Source: Sphyrna mokarran | Lineage: Eukaryota | DNA length: 64,000 bases | Direction: 5' to 3' | Assembly (NCBI GenBank): GCA_024679065.1 | Contig: JAGIQG010000009.1 | Span: 90,954,001 to 91,018,000, forward strand | Shown here: positions 51,485 to 64,000 of the stretch, one piece after another | Numbering within the stretch: the stretch's first letter is position 1 | How the letters are laid out: each line of letters starts with the position of its first letter | Made by a program: the position numbers and the translations under genes | The notes under the pieces: model-generated | What the model was told of the DNA's origin: nothing | Database searches by the model: none | The model's input: the letters and a program-made list of their open reading frames with translations, nothing else

Positions 51485-51790
51485 ATGGTGCAGTGGTTAG
51501 CACAGCTGCCTCTCAGCACCAGGGACCTGAGTTTAATTCTGGCCTTGGGTGACTACGTCTGTGTATATTTCCTTTGGATGCCGCGGTTTCCGCTCATAAT
51601 CCAAAGATTTGTAAGTCAGGTGAATTGGCCATGATAAATTGCTCTTAATGTTCAAAGTGTGCAAGAAGGAAGATTATCCATGATAGATGTGTGGTTTATG
51701 TGGAAAAGATGGGGCTTGGGCCTAATAAGATGCTCTTTTGGAAAGTTGGTGTGGTCAGGTGTCCTCCTTCTGCACTGTAGCAATTCTATG
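51485..51790 (+). mobile_element. HE1-type V-SINE, decayed
   Basis: A-box-like tggtgcagtggttagc, B-box-like gagtttaattct, V-domain remnant, tail ccttctgcactgtag..attctatg. A second head fragment lies at 52180-52250. Confidence 0.8.
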
Positions 51791-52396
51791 GGGCTATAGT
51801 TCTGCTTGGCTGAAATTGAACTCACACAGGGAAATTAGTGGAGGCTTCTGCTTGAATTAAATCTATTTTTTCCTTTGCTTGTAGGCTTTCTATCTCTGGA
51901 GCCTCCCTGATGAGTTTTCTCAGCATCGACTTCTACAGTGGAGTCGTTTAAGCATAGAAAGCATTGAAGGTGTCCTTTTATTTAGTTCTTCAGCATTGTT
52001 GTGAGAAAGTCCTTTGCTATCACCATGATGAATTCTGATATATTTGCCTTTGGGGAATTTCTTTCCACAGCTTCCAACTTCATATGTTTCCCAACCCTGC
52101 TTCCCAAAATTCACGAAAAGTAATGCCCAGGTACACCCACCTTATTCTCTCACTCCCCTCTGTCAGCATTACAACATACTGGCACAGTAGTTAACACTGC
52201 TTACTCACAGTGCCAAGGACCCAGTTTTAATTCCAGCCTTAGGTGACTGTTTAGACCCCATTTTACCATTGCATCGCATCTGTTTCCAGGTGTGAAAACT
52301 TGGTAGTCGGACATGAGGCCACTAATACAATCTGCGCCCATGTCTGCACAGATGCCCACTTTACCAACGCCCGAACATAGCCGCAATCCGAATCTC

Positions 52397-52953
52397 GGAT
52401 ATCTTGAGGCATGGTACATTGACAAACCATGCAGATGCTACGACGATCGATGAATGGACACCGCTTGGCAATCACCAGGTAGGAGTGTTCCCTTCCTGTC
52501 AGGGAACACGTTAGCAGTCACGGGCATTTAGCCTCTGATCTTCGGTTAAAGCCTTCAGCACACCAACAATGCAGAATTGCCAAGCAGAAACTGATACCCA
52601 AGTTCTGCACATATGAGGATGGCCTCAACTGGGATCTTGGGTTCATGTCACATTATCTGTAACCCCCATGATTTGCCTGGGCTTGCAAACTCTCACTAAC
52701 TGTCCTGGCCTCAGATAACTCATACCTTTTTAACCTGTGCTTAACTCTCTCTCCACTCGCATTGTCTGCAATTGTAAAGACTTGATTACTTGTTCAGACT
52801 CACATTCCAACCACTAATTTGTAATTGAGTTTGTGTCTATATATGACTTGTTTATGAAACAAATCATTCACTCATCTGATGAAGGAACAGTGCTCCGAAA
52901 GCTCATGCTACTGAATAAACCTATTGGACTTTAACCTGTGAGACTCTACTATG
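52397..52953 (+). mobile_element. PLE 3' fragment (GIY-YIG + pLTR)
   Basis: EAWYI..MNGHR..EDGLNWDLGFMSHYL*, then pLTR. Confidence 0.88.
52873..52907 (+). ncRNA. Minimal hammerhead motif
   Basis: cau-CUGAUGA-A-gga(acagugc)ucc-GAAA-GC-UC-aug. Confidence 0.75.
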
Positions 52954-52959
52954 CAATAA

Positions 52960-53230
52960 GGAGAGATAATATCTTAGAGGGGGCATCAAATGATGCTTCA
53001 TAGTTAGAGCTTAGGAATAAAAAAAAAAGGGGCAGGCATGCTTCTAGGTGTTTATTATAGATTCCTAGATAATCAGCAGAAAATTGAGGAGCCAGTATGT
53101 GCACAGTTCAGGAAGGTGTGTAAAAACAATAATATAGGGTAATTATATTAGGTCATTTCGACTTTCTCAACATGAATTGGGACAGATATTCTGTTAAGAA
53201 CTTGGATGGAGCAGATTTCTTAATGTGTAC
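52960..53230 (+). mobile_element. CR1 APE endonuclease fragment
   Basis: ELRNKK..LLGVYYRF..IILGHFDF, decayed. Confidence 0.65.
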
Positions 53231-53766
53231 AGGTGTATTGTTTAGATCCTAAATAGCTACCCCTTATTCTGCGATGAATCCTTTGGTTCTAGACATCCCC
53301 GGCAGGGGAAGCATTCTTCCTACATCTATTGCCACTCAGTTCAAGGGCAATTAAGGGTGAGCAATAAATGCTGGCCTTTGAATCCATTGAACGAATAAAA
53401 AAAATACTCTGTTGAAAAGCTGTAAGAAGGTAAAGTCACCACAGTGCCAGATGACCCAGGCTGCTCTCCCCTTTGAAGGGCAGAACTGGGTGATGAAGAT
53501 TCTAAACTGAGGTTCACCTCATATCAGGAGTCAGAAGGTTGAGAAGACAGGGTCTTCATGAATAATCTCATGTTGTAACCAAATGTTGTATATTTCAATG
53601 AGATAACTCATTCTTCAATTCTAGAGAATGCAATCCCAGTCTACTCAATTTATTTTAAAATGTTGTTATTCATGGATATGTAACATTAGGATATTACGAC
53701 CACTGTTCCTTAAGTGATCCCTAACTACACTTTACTATTTGAAAAACCTTGTATCTATGAATATTA

Positions 53767-53880
53767 ATGATGTGGTGATGTCAGCATTGGATTTGGGGGG
53801 CACAGTAAGAAGTCTCACAACATCAGGTTAAAGTCCAAGTTAAAGTTGGATTTTAACCTGATGTTGTGGACTTCTTACTA
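53767..53880. mobile_element. ~110-bp palindromic mini-PLE insertion
   Basis: agtaagaagtc..caacatcaggttaaa is inverted with tttaacctgatgttgtggacttcttact; probable TSD ctatgaaYatt at 53755 and 53878. Confidence 0.82.
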
Positions 53881-54115
53881 TGAACATTTAGATACCAAAT
53901 GGGTCTTTTTTTTTGAGCCAGGTCTCTGTTATCAACTTCACATCCCTTTGGAGTACAGAAAAGCCCCTCGACCCTGTCAAATCAGAGGAAGCCCCATGCC
54001 ACCCTCTTAGAGGAAAGCATCCATCCCAAAAACATTGGTTTTTGTATTGATGGCTTTTTGATGTAGAGAAATTTATATAATTAACAAAAATTCTTTCCTC
54101 TGCCCTTAATATCCT

Positions 54116-54574
54116 ACAGGTACTTCAGTCCGCCTTGTCTAACAAGGGGCATACAAGCGATGGGTCATGAGAGGGTTGCACTTAGATTTTTCGAGAGTAT
54201 CCTAGTGCTTCATGTCGTTAGTGTACCTTGACCAGGACTATTTGATGGGCAACATGACAGCTCAGTGACTATCGCTGTGCTGTGCAGATATGTGGATTTG
54301 AGCCTGTGTCTGTGAGAGTTTGCGCATTCTCCCTGTGCTTGCGTGGGTTTTCTCTGGGTGCTCCAGTTTCCTCCCACATCCTAAAGATGTGCTCTTAGGC
54401 TGATTGGCAAAACAAATTCTACCTAAATTGTCTCAAATTTGGTTCTAATGCATAGATCTATAAACATAGATAGGGATGACAGGGATCATGAGTAGAAGTG
54501 GGATCATTGAGATGGCGGCGCGGGCTTGTTGGGCCAAAGGGCCTGTTTTCTGTGCTGTTTTTTTCTTTGTTCTT
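54116..54574 (+). mobile_element. Solo copy (D) of the CR1 3'UTR module
   Basis: Aligns to 27626-28092; probable TSD ttaatatYct at 54106-54115 and 54575-54584. Confidence 0.92.
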
Positions 54575-55214
54575 TTAATATTCTGTGGCTTGTTGTCAAA
54601 TTGTGCTAGATAACTCTCCTGTGAAGCACCTTGAGATATTTTACTATGCCAAAGGATACTACATAATTTGTTCTTGTCATTTGGAATCCACCAATGCCGG
54701 ACTCTTGAGCACCTCCAAATTATAATTGCTCCACAATTGGTAGCTGTGCCTTCAATCACTCCCAGTCTCTAGAATTATCTCTTCCCTTAAATTCATTCCT
54801 TCAAACATTCTTGTGTGACCAAACTATTCCTTTAGTGTGTCAAAATTTATTTGATAATTCTTCTCCTTGGAATATTTTGCTCTGTCGAAGATGCTATTTA
54901 AATGCATTAGAGATTTTTTTTTTAGATTCACTTTTAACTAACATAGTTCAAACTATATCCTCAGTTTATATCACTGCATTATAAAGAAGGAGATATGGAG
55001 CACAATTCCTTCACAGTGACAATCAGTATTGGATTGTCACTCCATAGCCACTTACCTGCACGAAATTTATTCAGTGCCTGTCTTGCTCTACCTTGCTGGC
55101 TCACATTGCACAAGATCCAGGCAGTGCATCATGTCCCCTGGTCCAGCATTGCAGTCTAAAAGAATTGGACTAAAGGAAGACACATATCTTTTTCACAGCC
55201 ATAAGTTGGCATAG

Positions 55215-57600
55215 AGCAGATCAGTTTAAACGTCCAACATGTACCCACTAACATGTCTCCTTCCCACCAGAGACCCAAACATCCTAGACCACTGCTACAC
55301 AAATATCAGAAATGCCTACCACTCTATAGCCCACCCACCTTTTGGCAAATCAGACCACCAGCTCTTGCTCCTGGTTTACAATCAAAAACTGAAACGGGAG
55401 AATCTGTCAAAGAAAGTTGAGCAATGTTCGTCTGAGGAATCGAATGATCTCCTATAAGACGGCTTAGGGTCTGTGGATTGATCAATATTTTAAAACTCCG
55501 TAAATTAACCTGAATGAGTACGCCATTACGGTAACTAACTTCATTAGTAAGTGTGCAAAAAACAATGCCAAAGAAGCAAATCCATGTTTTCCCCAACCAG
55601 AAACTATGGATGAATAGAGATATCCACTACTTGTTGAAGTCTAGGTCTGAGATGTTCAAGTCAGGGACTCTGATCTATACAAGAAAGCTAGATATGATCT
55701 AAGGAGATCCATCAAAGATGTCAGAAGGATCAAGCTAGAGTCCCAGGCTAGCCACATGGATCCCTGCCAACAATGGCAAGATCTGCAAGACATAACAAGC
55801 TACAAGATGAAGGCATGTAAAATTGCTCCAACTCATCCCTCAATGCATTTAATGTCTGTTTTAAGCGAGAGGTCAGTGACAGCACACTTTCCATCTGAAA
55901 GCTCTGGATGAATGTATCTGAGGTCACTTTGCAGATGTCAGAGCAGCCTTCTCGAAGGGCAACCCACAACTGGCCCGGATGGAGTACCTGGACAACCAGG
56001 TGGCGTTTGTATTTGCAGACATCTTCAATCTCTTTTTACAATAATGTGAGGTCCCTGTCTGCTTTAAGAAGACGACCATCATTCTGGTACCTAAGAAAAA
56101 CCAAGCAGTGTGCCTTAATGACTTCAGCCAGTGGCTCTGACATCCATTAATATGAAGTGCTTTGAAAGGTTAGTCATGGCACGAATCAATTCCAGATCCC
56201 AGATTACCTGGATCCACTCGGTTCACCTACCGCCGCAACAGATCCACAGTAGACAGTCTCTCTGGCCCCGCACTCAACTCTGGAACACCTAGATAACAAA
56301 GAAACCTCTGTCAGACTTCTATTCATTGACTAAAGCTCAACCTTTGACACTATTATTCCTAAGAAACTCATCTTCAAATTCCGTGGCCTGGGGTTCAGTT
56401 CCTGCCTCTGTGACTGGATCCTAAACTTACTAACCCACAATCGTCAATCAGTAAGAATAATGGATCCTCCATGATAATCCTGAACATTGGTGCCCCCTAC
56501 TATATACTTTTTATACACCTATGACTGTGTGGCCAAATTCCCCTATAACTCGAATTTCAAGTTTGCTGACGATATCACTGTAGTGGGTCGGATCTCAAAT
56601 AATGAGACAGAGGCAAGAATGAGGTAGAGAATCTGGTGAAGTAGTGCAATAACAACATTCTCTTCCTCAATGTCAAAAAAACAAAGGAGATAGTCATCAA
56701 CTTCAGGAAACATAGTGGAGAATATGACCCTGTTAAATCGATAGAGGCGAAGTAGAAATGGTCGAGACCTTCAAGTTTTTAGTCGTCCAGATCACTAAAA
56801 ACCTGTTCTGGTCCCTTCACACTAACACTACAGTTGAGAAAACACACCAATACCTCTACTTTCTCAGAAGACTAAGAAAATGTGGCACGTTGGCTACAAC
56901 TCTCATCAACTTTTACAGATGCACCATAGAATGCATTCTTTCTGGTCTGGCTCCTGCTCTGCCCAAGACCACAAGAAAATTCAAAGGGTCGTGAATGAAG
57001 CCCAGTCAAGTTGGAATTTATCCTGGGAATAGGTTAGAAAAGACATTGAAGAAAAATATAATGTGAATGTTAATGAGTTCAAATAACTAGCTAATTTCAA
57101 AAATAGAACCTGAGAAGCTCCTTCACTCCCATATTACAATTTTGAGCACCTACCCATTGGGCTCTGCCATTTTGACTGTCCCTGCATCATGAACAAGTAT
57201 TTATCAATGGGATCGCCCCAATGGGAAGCAAACAGCCTCCCATCCATTGACCCTGTCTATACTTCCTGCGGCCTCGGCAAAGCAGCCAGCATAATTAAGG
57301 ACCCCACGCACCCCGGTCAATCTCTCTTCCACCTTCTTCTGTCAGGAAAAAGATACAAAAGTTTGAGATCATGGACCAACTGACACAAGAACACCTTCTT
57401 CCCTTCAGCTATCAGACTTTTTGAATGGATCTACTGTGCGTTAAGTTGATTCTTCTCTACATCCTAACTATGACTGCAACACTGTATTCTGCACTCTTTC
57501 TTTCCTTCTCTCTGAGCTGTATGCTTTGTCTGTATAGTGCGCAACAAACCATACTTTTCACTGTATACTGATACATCTGACAATCATAAATCAAATCAAT
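55215..57600 (+). mobile_element. Rex1/Babar LINE (APE C-terminus + RT), decayed
   Basis: PTRDPNILDHCYT..FGKSDH, KFADD, LYFLRRLRK; tail aaatcaaatcaa. Confidence 0.9.
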
Positions 57601-58599
57601 GTGACTATTGGAAGCAGTGTCCCTTCTATGGTATCCTGTGTGATTATAAAAACAAGGAGCACTCACAGCACAGTGCTGAATATCACTGGAACAGAGGGTT
57701 GAACAAATATGGATGGCACTTTGCTCCAAAATTCGCCACGTCAAAGAATTGTACAGTGTATGTTGGAGGCGACATTTCTTCTGGGACTAAAAACACCAAC
57801 TGGCAACCATTTTGTTATGAGCATAGCAGAGATCACAATGACCAATCCAGTAACTGGAATATTCCTGCATTGAATATATCAGCATTGAAACAGCTTTTTG
57901 GAAATGGGTTTACTACAAGTGCAACAGAGAATTTGCTGATGAATACTCAGCAAAGTCAGCAAACATCATTTCAAGTTGGAATTTATCCTGGGAATAGGTT
58001 GGAAAAGACTTAAAAAAAATAATGTGAATATTAATGAGTTCAAATAACTAGCTAATTTCAAAGATAGAACCTAAGAAGCTCCTTCACTCCCATATTAGAA
58101 TTTTGAGCACCTACCCATTTTGACCCTCCCTGCCTCATGAACAAGTATTTATCAATGAGATCGCCCCAATGAATTTGGAAAATTTCCCTATACATAAGAC
58201 GAAGTATTTTCCAATTTAAAGTGCTGATTGGCCTACTTTATATCTGAATTATTTTCTTTTTCAATCTTTGTTTTAATTTAAAGTTACATAGGTATTTAAT
58301 TGTTCAATCATTTGTTAAAATCCTGTTTGAGACTGTTAATGTTTGGACAGAGATCTTAACACCCTGCCATTAACTGACAGCATTACAACACAAGAGAGGG
58401 AGTTTCTTCAACCTTGCCGCATGTTAGTCACGCTCCCAGAGAATCGTGTGTGGGCCTAAAAATCTATTTCGCATCCGGCGCCAAACAGCTTGCAAGTTCC
58501 CTGGCCCCTACCTAATGGTGTGAACTGGATCAGGCCAGAATGGCCATGAATTATTAGCATATATATAAAGTAGCATTTAAATATGCAAAGCTTATTTTC

Positions 58600-59200
58600 A
58601 TCCCATCACACAGAATTTACTGGCTTTTGAGCGAGAATTGCTACTGATGTCCATGAGCAGAGGCCTAGCATGATGGTCATACTGGCATGAGCGGGAGTGG
58701 AGAGCATTGGACGCTACTAAAGACCTGAGATGGTTGAGGAAATGGCCAAGTGGTGCCATTCCCACCTCATGGTTTGCAACTATGGCCACTAGATAGCCTT
58801 GTGGTGGCCAGAGGACAGCCCTGCGGTGCCATTTGGATACCAATAATGTGCCAGGGCAGTGCCAGGAAAAGGGCCCAAGTGGAGGTCATGACGGAGTTGA
58901 TGTTTAATGTTGATTGGGTGGGCGGGGAGGAGTTTTGCAGGTGATCCTGATTGGGGAAGGAGCATGTTGCGGATTGGGCACGGGGACCCATCATGGAGGA
59001 CCCATCGTGAGGGCCTCATCTGGCGAACTGCGTTGGGCAGGGGGTTGAATACATGACATCGATGATGATGGGGGGGAGGGTGCATGCATCCTGATGTTTG
59101 CCGGGGGAAGGAGAGGTCTCTTAGTGCACCCTGAGATAGGTTTGTCCTCGCAAAATAGTGTCTGAATGCGCAGAAGCCAAACTCACCTTGTCAGTACTGG
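58600..59200. mobile_element. Possible Harbinger-derived remnant
   Basis: Only weak cues, e.g. RRAVLWPPQG resembling the Myb/SANT-like ORF. Confidence 0.3.
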
Positions 59201-59914
59201 TGCAAACCTCCCATCTGTCCAAATAAGTGACTGAGTGTGGAAGGATTGTGATGTGGCGCATGCCTGAGAGACTGATGAAAATCATTCCATCATTCTCGCT
59301 GTTATGGGACTTACAATCTTTTTGGGAGCACTTCTCTCCAAGATTTCAAGTTTCTATACAAAAATAAACTTTATCGTATGTAAAATAAATAAATAAAGTA
59401 TTATCTTAACACTAAAATTTATAACTATTTAATTCAACTTTGTTTCTATGTTCTATGTTTTCTATGCTTGTACTCTGCACTACCATACATGCCTCCCTTT
59501 GCAAGCTGTCTTGTATTACAGGAATTTTGAAGGTTCATTCATTTCTTTCAGGACAACCCTAAGGCATGACACAGTTCTCTGGAATTTACTTTAATTCTCC
59601 TCAATATTTCAGCTTTTACAAGGCACATTATTTATGGAGATCTTTTTATTGGCTTTTGGTTAAAAGACTGGCCAATCTTCTCTAAAAACGTAAAATACCT
59701 CATGACAGTGGACTGTTCAGTTCTTTGTCCTAACTGCTGGCAGATATATATCTGCCTTGTATCTAACAGCGTCCCAAATGCAAATTACTGCAAAGACCTC
59801 TGAAGATTTCTTTCTCTTATTATGATTTTTTCAGTTTCTTTCATCATATGAATTCCAAGTTCAGCTTGAGCCTCCAAAGCATTCCCATGGTGAGCAATAA
59901 AGTTGAAATTTGGC

Positions 59915-60290
59915 TGCTATCCAGGCAGGTGGGGAATATTCCATCACATTCCTGACGTACATTTTGTAGACGGTGGATAGACTCTGGGGAGTCAGGGATG
60001 AGTTACTCACTACAGTATATCTAGCCTCTGACCTGCTCTTGTAGTTTGTGGTGCATCGGGTTGAGTTTCTGGTCAATGGTAACTCCAATGATGTTGACAG
60101 TAGCGGAATTCAGTGATGGTTACACCATTGAGTATTAAGGGATGGTGATTAGAATATCTCTTATTAGTGATGGTCATTGCCTGGAGTTTGTGTGGAGCGA
60201 ATGTTACTTGCCTCTTGTCAACCCAAGCCTGGATATTGTCCAGATTTTGTTGCATAAGAATATGGACTGCTTCAGTACTGAGGAGCCACT
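59915..60290 (-). mobile_element. Second-lineage CR1/L2-group LINE, piece 1
   Basis: MQQNLDNIQAW..VTFAPHK and VRNVMEYSP; continues at 63338. Confidence 0.85.
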
Positions 60291-63200
60291 CAGGAGGGTA
60301 TAAACTAGTTTGGCAGGGGAGTTGGGATCCAAAGCAGTAGGGAGACAGAAGAGAAATTTGAGGACAGCACAGAAGTTAAGGAAAGCACATTAATTAGTAA
60401 AGGCAGTGTCAGTAATCCTAGTACCAGGCAGATCAGACAGAAGCAAGACAGAGAGCAAGGGAAGTCCAGATTAAACTGCACTTATTTCAATGCAAGTGAC
60501 ATGATGGGCAAGGCAGATGAACTCAGGGCACTGATAGGTACATGGGACTGGGATATTATAACCATGACTGAAAAATGGCTAAGTGAGGGACAGTTTAATG
60601 TTCCAGGGTACAGATGCAATAGGAAAGCTAGAACAGGATGTAAGAGAGGAGGGGAATTGCACTTTTGATTAGGGAAAACATCACGGTCATACTGAGAGGG
60701 GATATATCTGAGGGTTCAGCCATTCAGTCAAATGGAGAGAATTAAGAAATAAGAAGGGGAAAATCACTTTGATAGAATTGTATATAGGCCCCCAAATAGT
60801 CAGCGGGAAATTATGGAGCAAATATGTAAGGAGATTACAGATAGCGCCAAGAAAAATAGGGTGATAATAGTCAGAGATTTTAATTTTCCCAACATTAACT
60901 GAGACAGCCATAGTACTAGAGGGTTGGATGGAGAGAAATTTATTGAGTGTATTCAGAAGGAATTTCTCATTTAATATGTGGATGGCATGACTAGAGACGG
61001 GGCAAAATTTGACCTCCTCTTGGGAAATAAGGAAGAGCAGGTGACAGAAGTGTTAGTGAGGGATCACTTTGGGACCAGTGACCATAATTCTACTCGTTTT
61101 AAGATAGCTATGAGAATGATAGGTCTGTCCGAAAACTTAAAATTCTAAATTGGGTCAAGGCCAATTTTGATGGTATCAGGCAGGAAGTTCCAAAGGTTAA
61201 TTGAGGAGTCTGTGGAAAGGCAAAGGGACCTTTGGTAAGTGGCATGCTTTCAAAAGTATATTAATCAGGGCTCAGGATAAACACATTCCTCTTGGAGTCA
61301 AGGGCAAGGCTGGCAGAAATAGGGAACCCCTGGATGACTCGGGATATTAAGGCCCTGGTCAAGAAGAAGAGGCACATGATGTGCATAGGCCGCTGAGATC
61401 AAGTGAATCTCTTGGAGAGTATGGGGGTGTAGGGGTAGAGTTAAGAGAGAAATCAGGAGGCAAAAAGGGGACACAAAATTGTTTTGGCAGATAAGGCATA
61501 GGAGAATCCAAAGAGCTTTTACAAATACATAAAGGGCAAAAGAGTAACAAAGGAGAGAGAAGGGCCTCTTAAGGATCAACAAAGTCATCTATGTGCAGAT
61601 CCATAAGAGATAGATGTAATCCTAAATGAATACTTCTCATCAGTATTTCCTGTTGAGGAAAGTATGGATGTTAGGGAACTTGGGGAAATAAATAGTGATG
61701 TCTTGGGAGTGTACATATTACAGAGAAGGAGATCTGGAAGTCTTAAAACGCATCAAGATAGAAAAATATGTGGGACCTGATGAGATATATCCCAGGACTT
61801 TGTGGGAAGCTAGGGAGGAAATTGCGGATTCTCTATCTGAGATATTTGAATCATCAATAGAGATGGGTGAGGTGTCTGAATACTGGAGAGTGGCAAATGT
61901 TGTGCCTTAGTGTAAAAAGGGCTGCAGGGAAAAGCCTGGGAACTACAAGCCAGTGAATCTCTCATCTGTGGTGGGTAAATTATTGGAAAGTATTTTGAGA
62001 GACAGGATCTACAGGCATTTAGAGATGCAAGGACTGATTAGGGACAGTCAGCATGGCTTTGTGAGTGGAAAATCATGTCTCACAAATTTGATTGAGTTTT
62101 TTGAAGGGGTAACCAAGAAGGTAGATGAAGGCAGTGCAGTTGATGTTGTCTATGTGTACTTTAGCAAGGCCTTTGACAAGGTACTGCATGGTAGGTTGTT
62201 GCATAAAGTTAAATCTCACAGGATCCAGTGTGAGGTATCTAAATGGATACAAAATTGGCTATAAATTGGTGTTGCCAACTTCTTAACAGAAGCCAGAGTG
62301 TGGTTGTAGAGAGTTGTTTTTTTAAAACTGGAGGCCTGTGACCAGCGGTGTACCTCAGAGATCAGTGCTGTGCCCACTGTTACTTGTCATTTATATTAAT
62401 GATTTGGATGAGAATATGGGGGGCATGGTTAGTAAGTTTTCAGATGACACCAAGATTGGTGGCATAGTGAACAGTGAAGAAAGTTATCTCCAATTGCAAT
62501 CTTGATCAATTGGGCCAGTGGGCTGACAAATAGCAGATGGAGTTTAATTTAGACAAATGTGAGGTGATGTACTTTGGTAGACTGAACCAGGGCAGGACTT
62601 ATTCCGTTAATATAGGGCATTGGGGAGAGCTACAGAACAAAGTGATTTAGGGGTACATGTTCATAGCTCCTTGAGAGTGGAGTCACAGCTAGACAGAGTG
62701 GTGAAGAAGGCACTTGGCATGCTTGATTTCATTGGTTAGAACATTGAATACAGGAGTTGGAACATCTTGTTAAAGTTGTACAAGACATTGGTAAGACCAC
62801 ATGTGTGCAATTCTGGTCACCCTATCACAGAAAGGATATTTTTAAACTAGAAAGAGTGCAGAAAAGATTTGCTAGGATGCTACCGGGACTTGATGGATTG
62901 AGTTATAAGGAGAGGCTGAATAGATTGGGACATTTTTTTCTCTGGAATATAGGAGGCTGAGGGGTGACTTTATAGAGGTCTACAAAATATTGAGGGGCAT
63001 AGACAAGGTGGATAGTCAATATCTTTTCCCAAAGTAGAGGAGTCTAAAACTAGAGGGCATAAGTTTAAGGTGAGAGGAGAGAGATACAAGAATGTCCAGA
63101 GAGGCAATTTTTTCACACAGTGTCTGGAACAAGCTGCCAGAGGTAGTAGAGGCAAGTACAATTTTATCTTTTAAAAAGCATTTAGATAGTTATATGGGTA

Positions 63201-63337
63201 TGATGGGTATAAAGGAATATGGGCCAAATGCGGGCAATTGTGATTAGCTTAGGGGTTTAAAACAAAACGGCAGCATAGACAAGTTGGACTGAAGGGCTTG
63301 TTTTCATGCTGTAAACTTCTATGACTCTGTGACTCTA
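60291..63337 (+). mobile_element. CR1 LINE, near-complete decayed ORF2, nested in the second-lineage LINE
   Basis: APE start NCTYFNAS, SDHN; SQHGFVSGKSCLTNL, FSDD; tail (ctatgact)n. Confidence 0.93.
62260..62285 (+). mobile_element. 26-nt PLE pLTR fragment inside CR1 W-L|x-x-R
   Basis: tataaattggtgttgccaacttctta matches 5662-5687 at 23/26 by eye. Confidence 0.7.
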
Positions 63338-64000
63338 TGAGTCGCAAATGACACTGAACATTGTGCAATCATCGATGAACATCCCTACTTCTGACCTTAA
63401 GATGGAGGGAAGGTCATTGATGAAGCAGCTAAAGATTGTTAGGCCTAGGACACTACCCTGAGGGACTCCTGCAGAAATGTCATGGAGTTGAGATGACTGA
63501 CTCTCACAACATTTTCCCATGTATCAGGTATGACTCCAGTCAATGGAGAGTTTGCCCCCTGATACCCATTGATCAAGTTTCACAAGCGCTCCTTGATGCC
63601 ACACTCGGTCAATGCGGCCTTGATGTCACTCTCACCTCACCTCTGGAATTCAGTTCTTTTGTCCATGTTTGAACCAAGGCTGTAATCAGGCCAGGAGCTG
63701 AGTGACCCTGTGAAACCCAAACTGGGTGTCACTGAGCAGGTTATTGCTGACCAGGTGCTGGTTGATAGCACTGTTGATGACCCGTCCATCATTTTACCAA
63801 TGATCAAGAGTAGACTGATTGGGCAGTAACTGGTGAGGCTGGATTGTCCTGTGTTTTGTGTACAGGACATACCTGGGCAATTTTCCACATTGTTGCTTGT
63901 TGCCAGTGTTGTAATTGTATTGAAAGAGCTTGGCTAGAAGAGCTGCAAGATCTGGAGCACAAGTCTTCAGTACTATTGCTGGAATGTTATCAGGGTCTAT
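63338..64000 (-). mobile_element. Second-lineage CR1/L2-group LINE RT, piece 2
   Basis: YCPISLL and [28 protein letters not shown]. Confidence 0.88.

Noticed and set aside
51485-51545. tRNA genes (also 52180 and 6943)
   Set aside because: These are SINE heads with decayed boxes; no complete cloverleaf.
57537-58013. 158-aa ORF in apparently unique sequence
   Set aside because: It starts at a non-ATG codon inside a Rex1 tail; no recognisable domain or splice context. RNA-seq or tBLASTn conservation would be needed to revive it.

Overview
Vertebrate non-coding DNA made almost entirely of nested repeats. The repeat repertoire (HE1-type V-SINEs, HER1-like CR1 tails) points to a cartilaginous fish such as a shark; this is inference. 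No host exon or intact autonomous ORF was recognised. Contents: about 20 CR1 LINE pieces from several subfamilies, three Rex1/Babar LINEs, about ten Penelope-like (PLE, RT + GIY-YIG) insertions with minimal hammerhead ribozymes, decayed Harbinger transposases, tRNA/V-domain SINEs, and a ~11 kb array of a 31-bp G-rich unit whose (CG)5 tract has decayed. Main observations: (1) a CR1 lineage whose 3' UTR holds a ~120-nt covarying RNA structure plus a captured, decayed V-SINE, and this module also occurs as solo copies with nearly the same 5' end; (2) three separate PLE insertions at the same W-L-x-x-R codons of CR1 ORF2; (3) palindromic PLE insertions from 68 bp to 2.1 kb that end at two fixed element positions. 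All alignments and folds were done by eye; boundaries are approximate unless a TSD is given.
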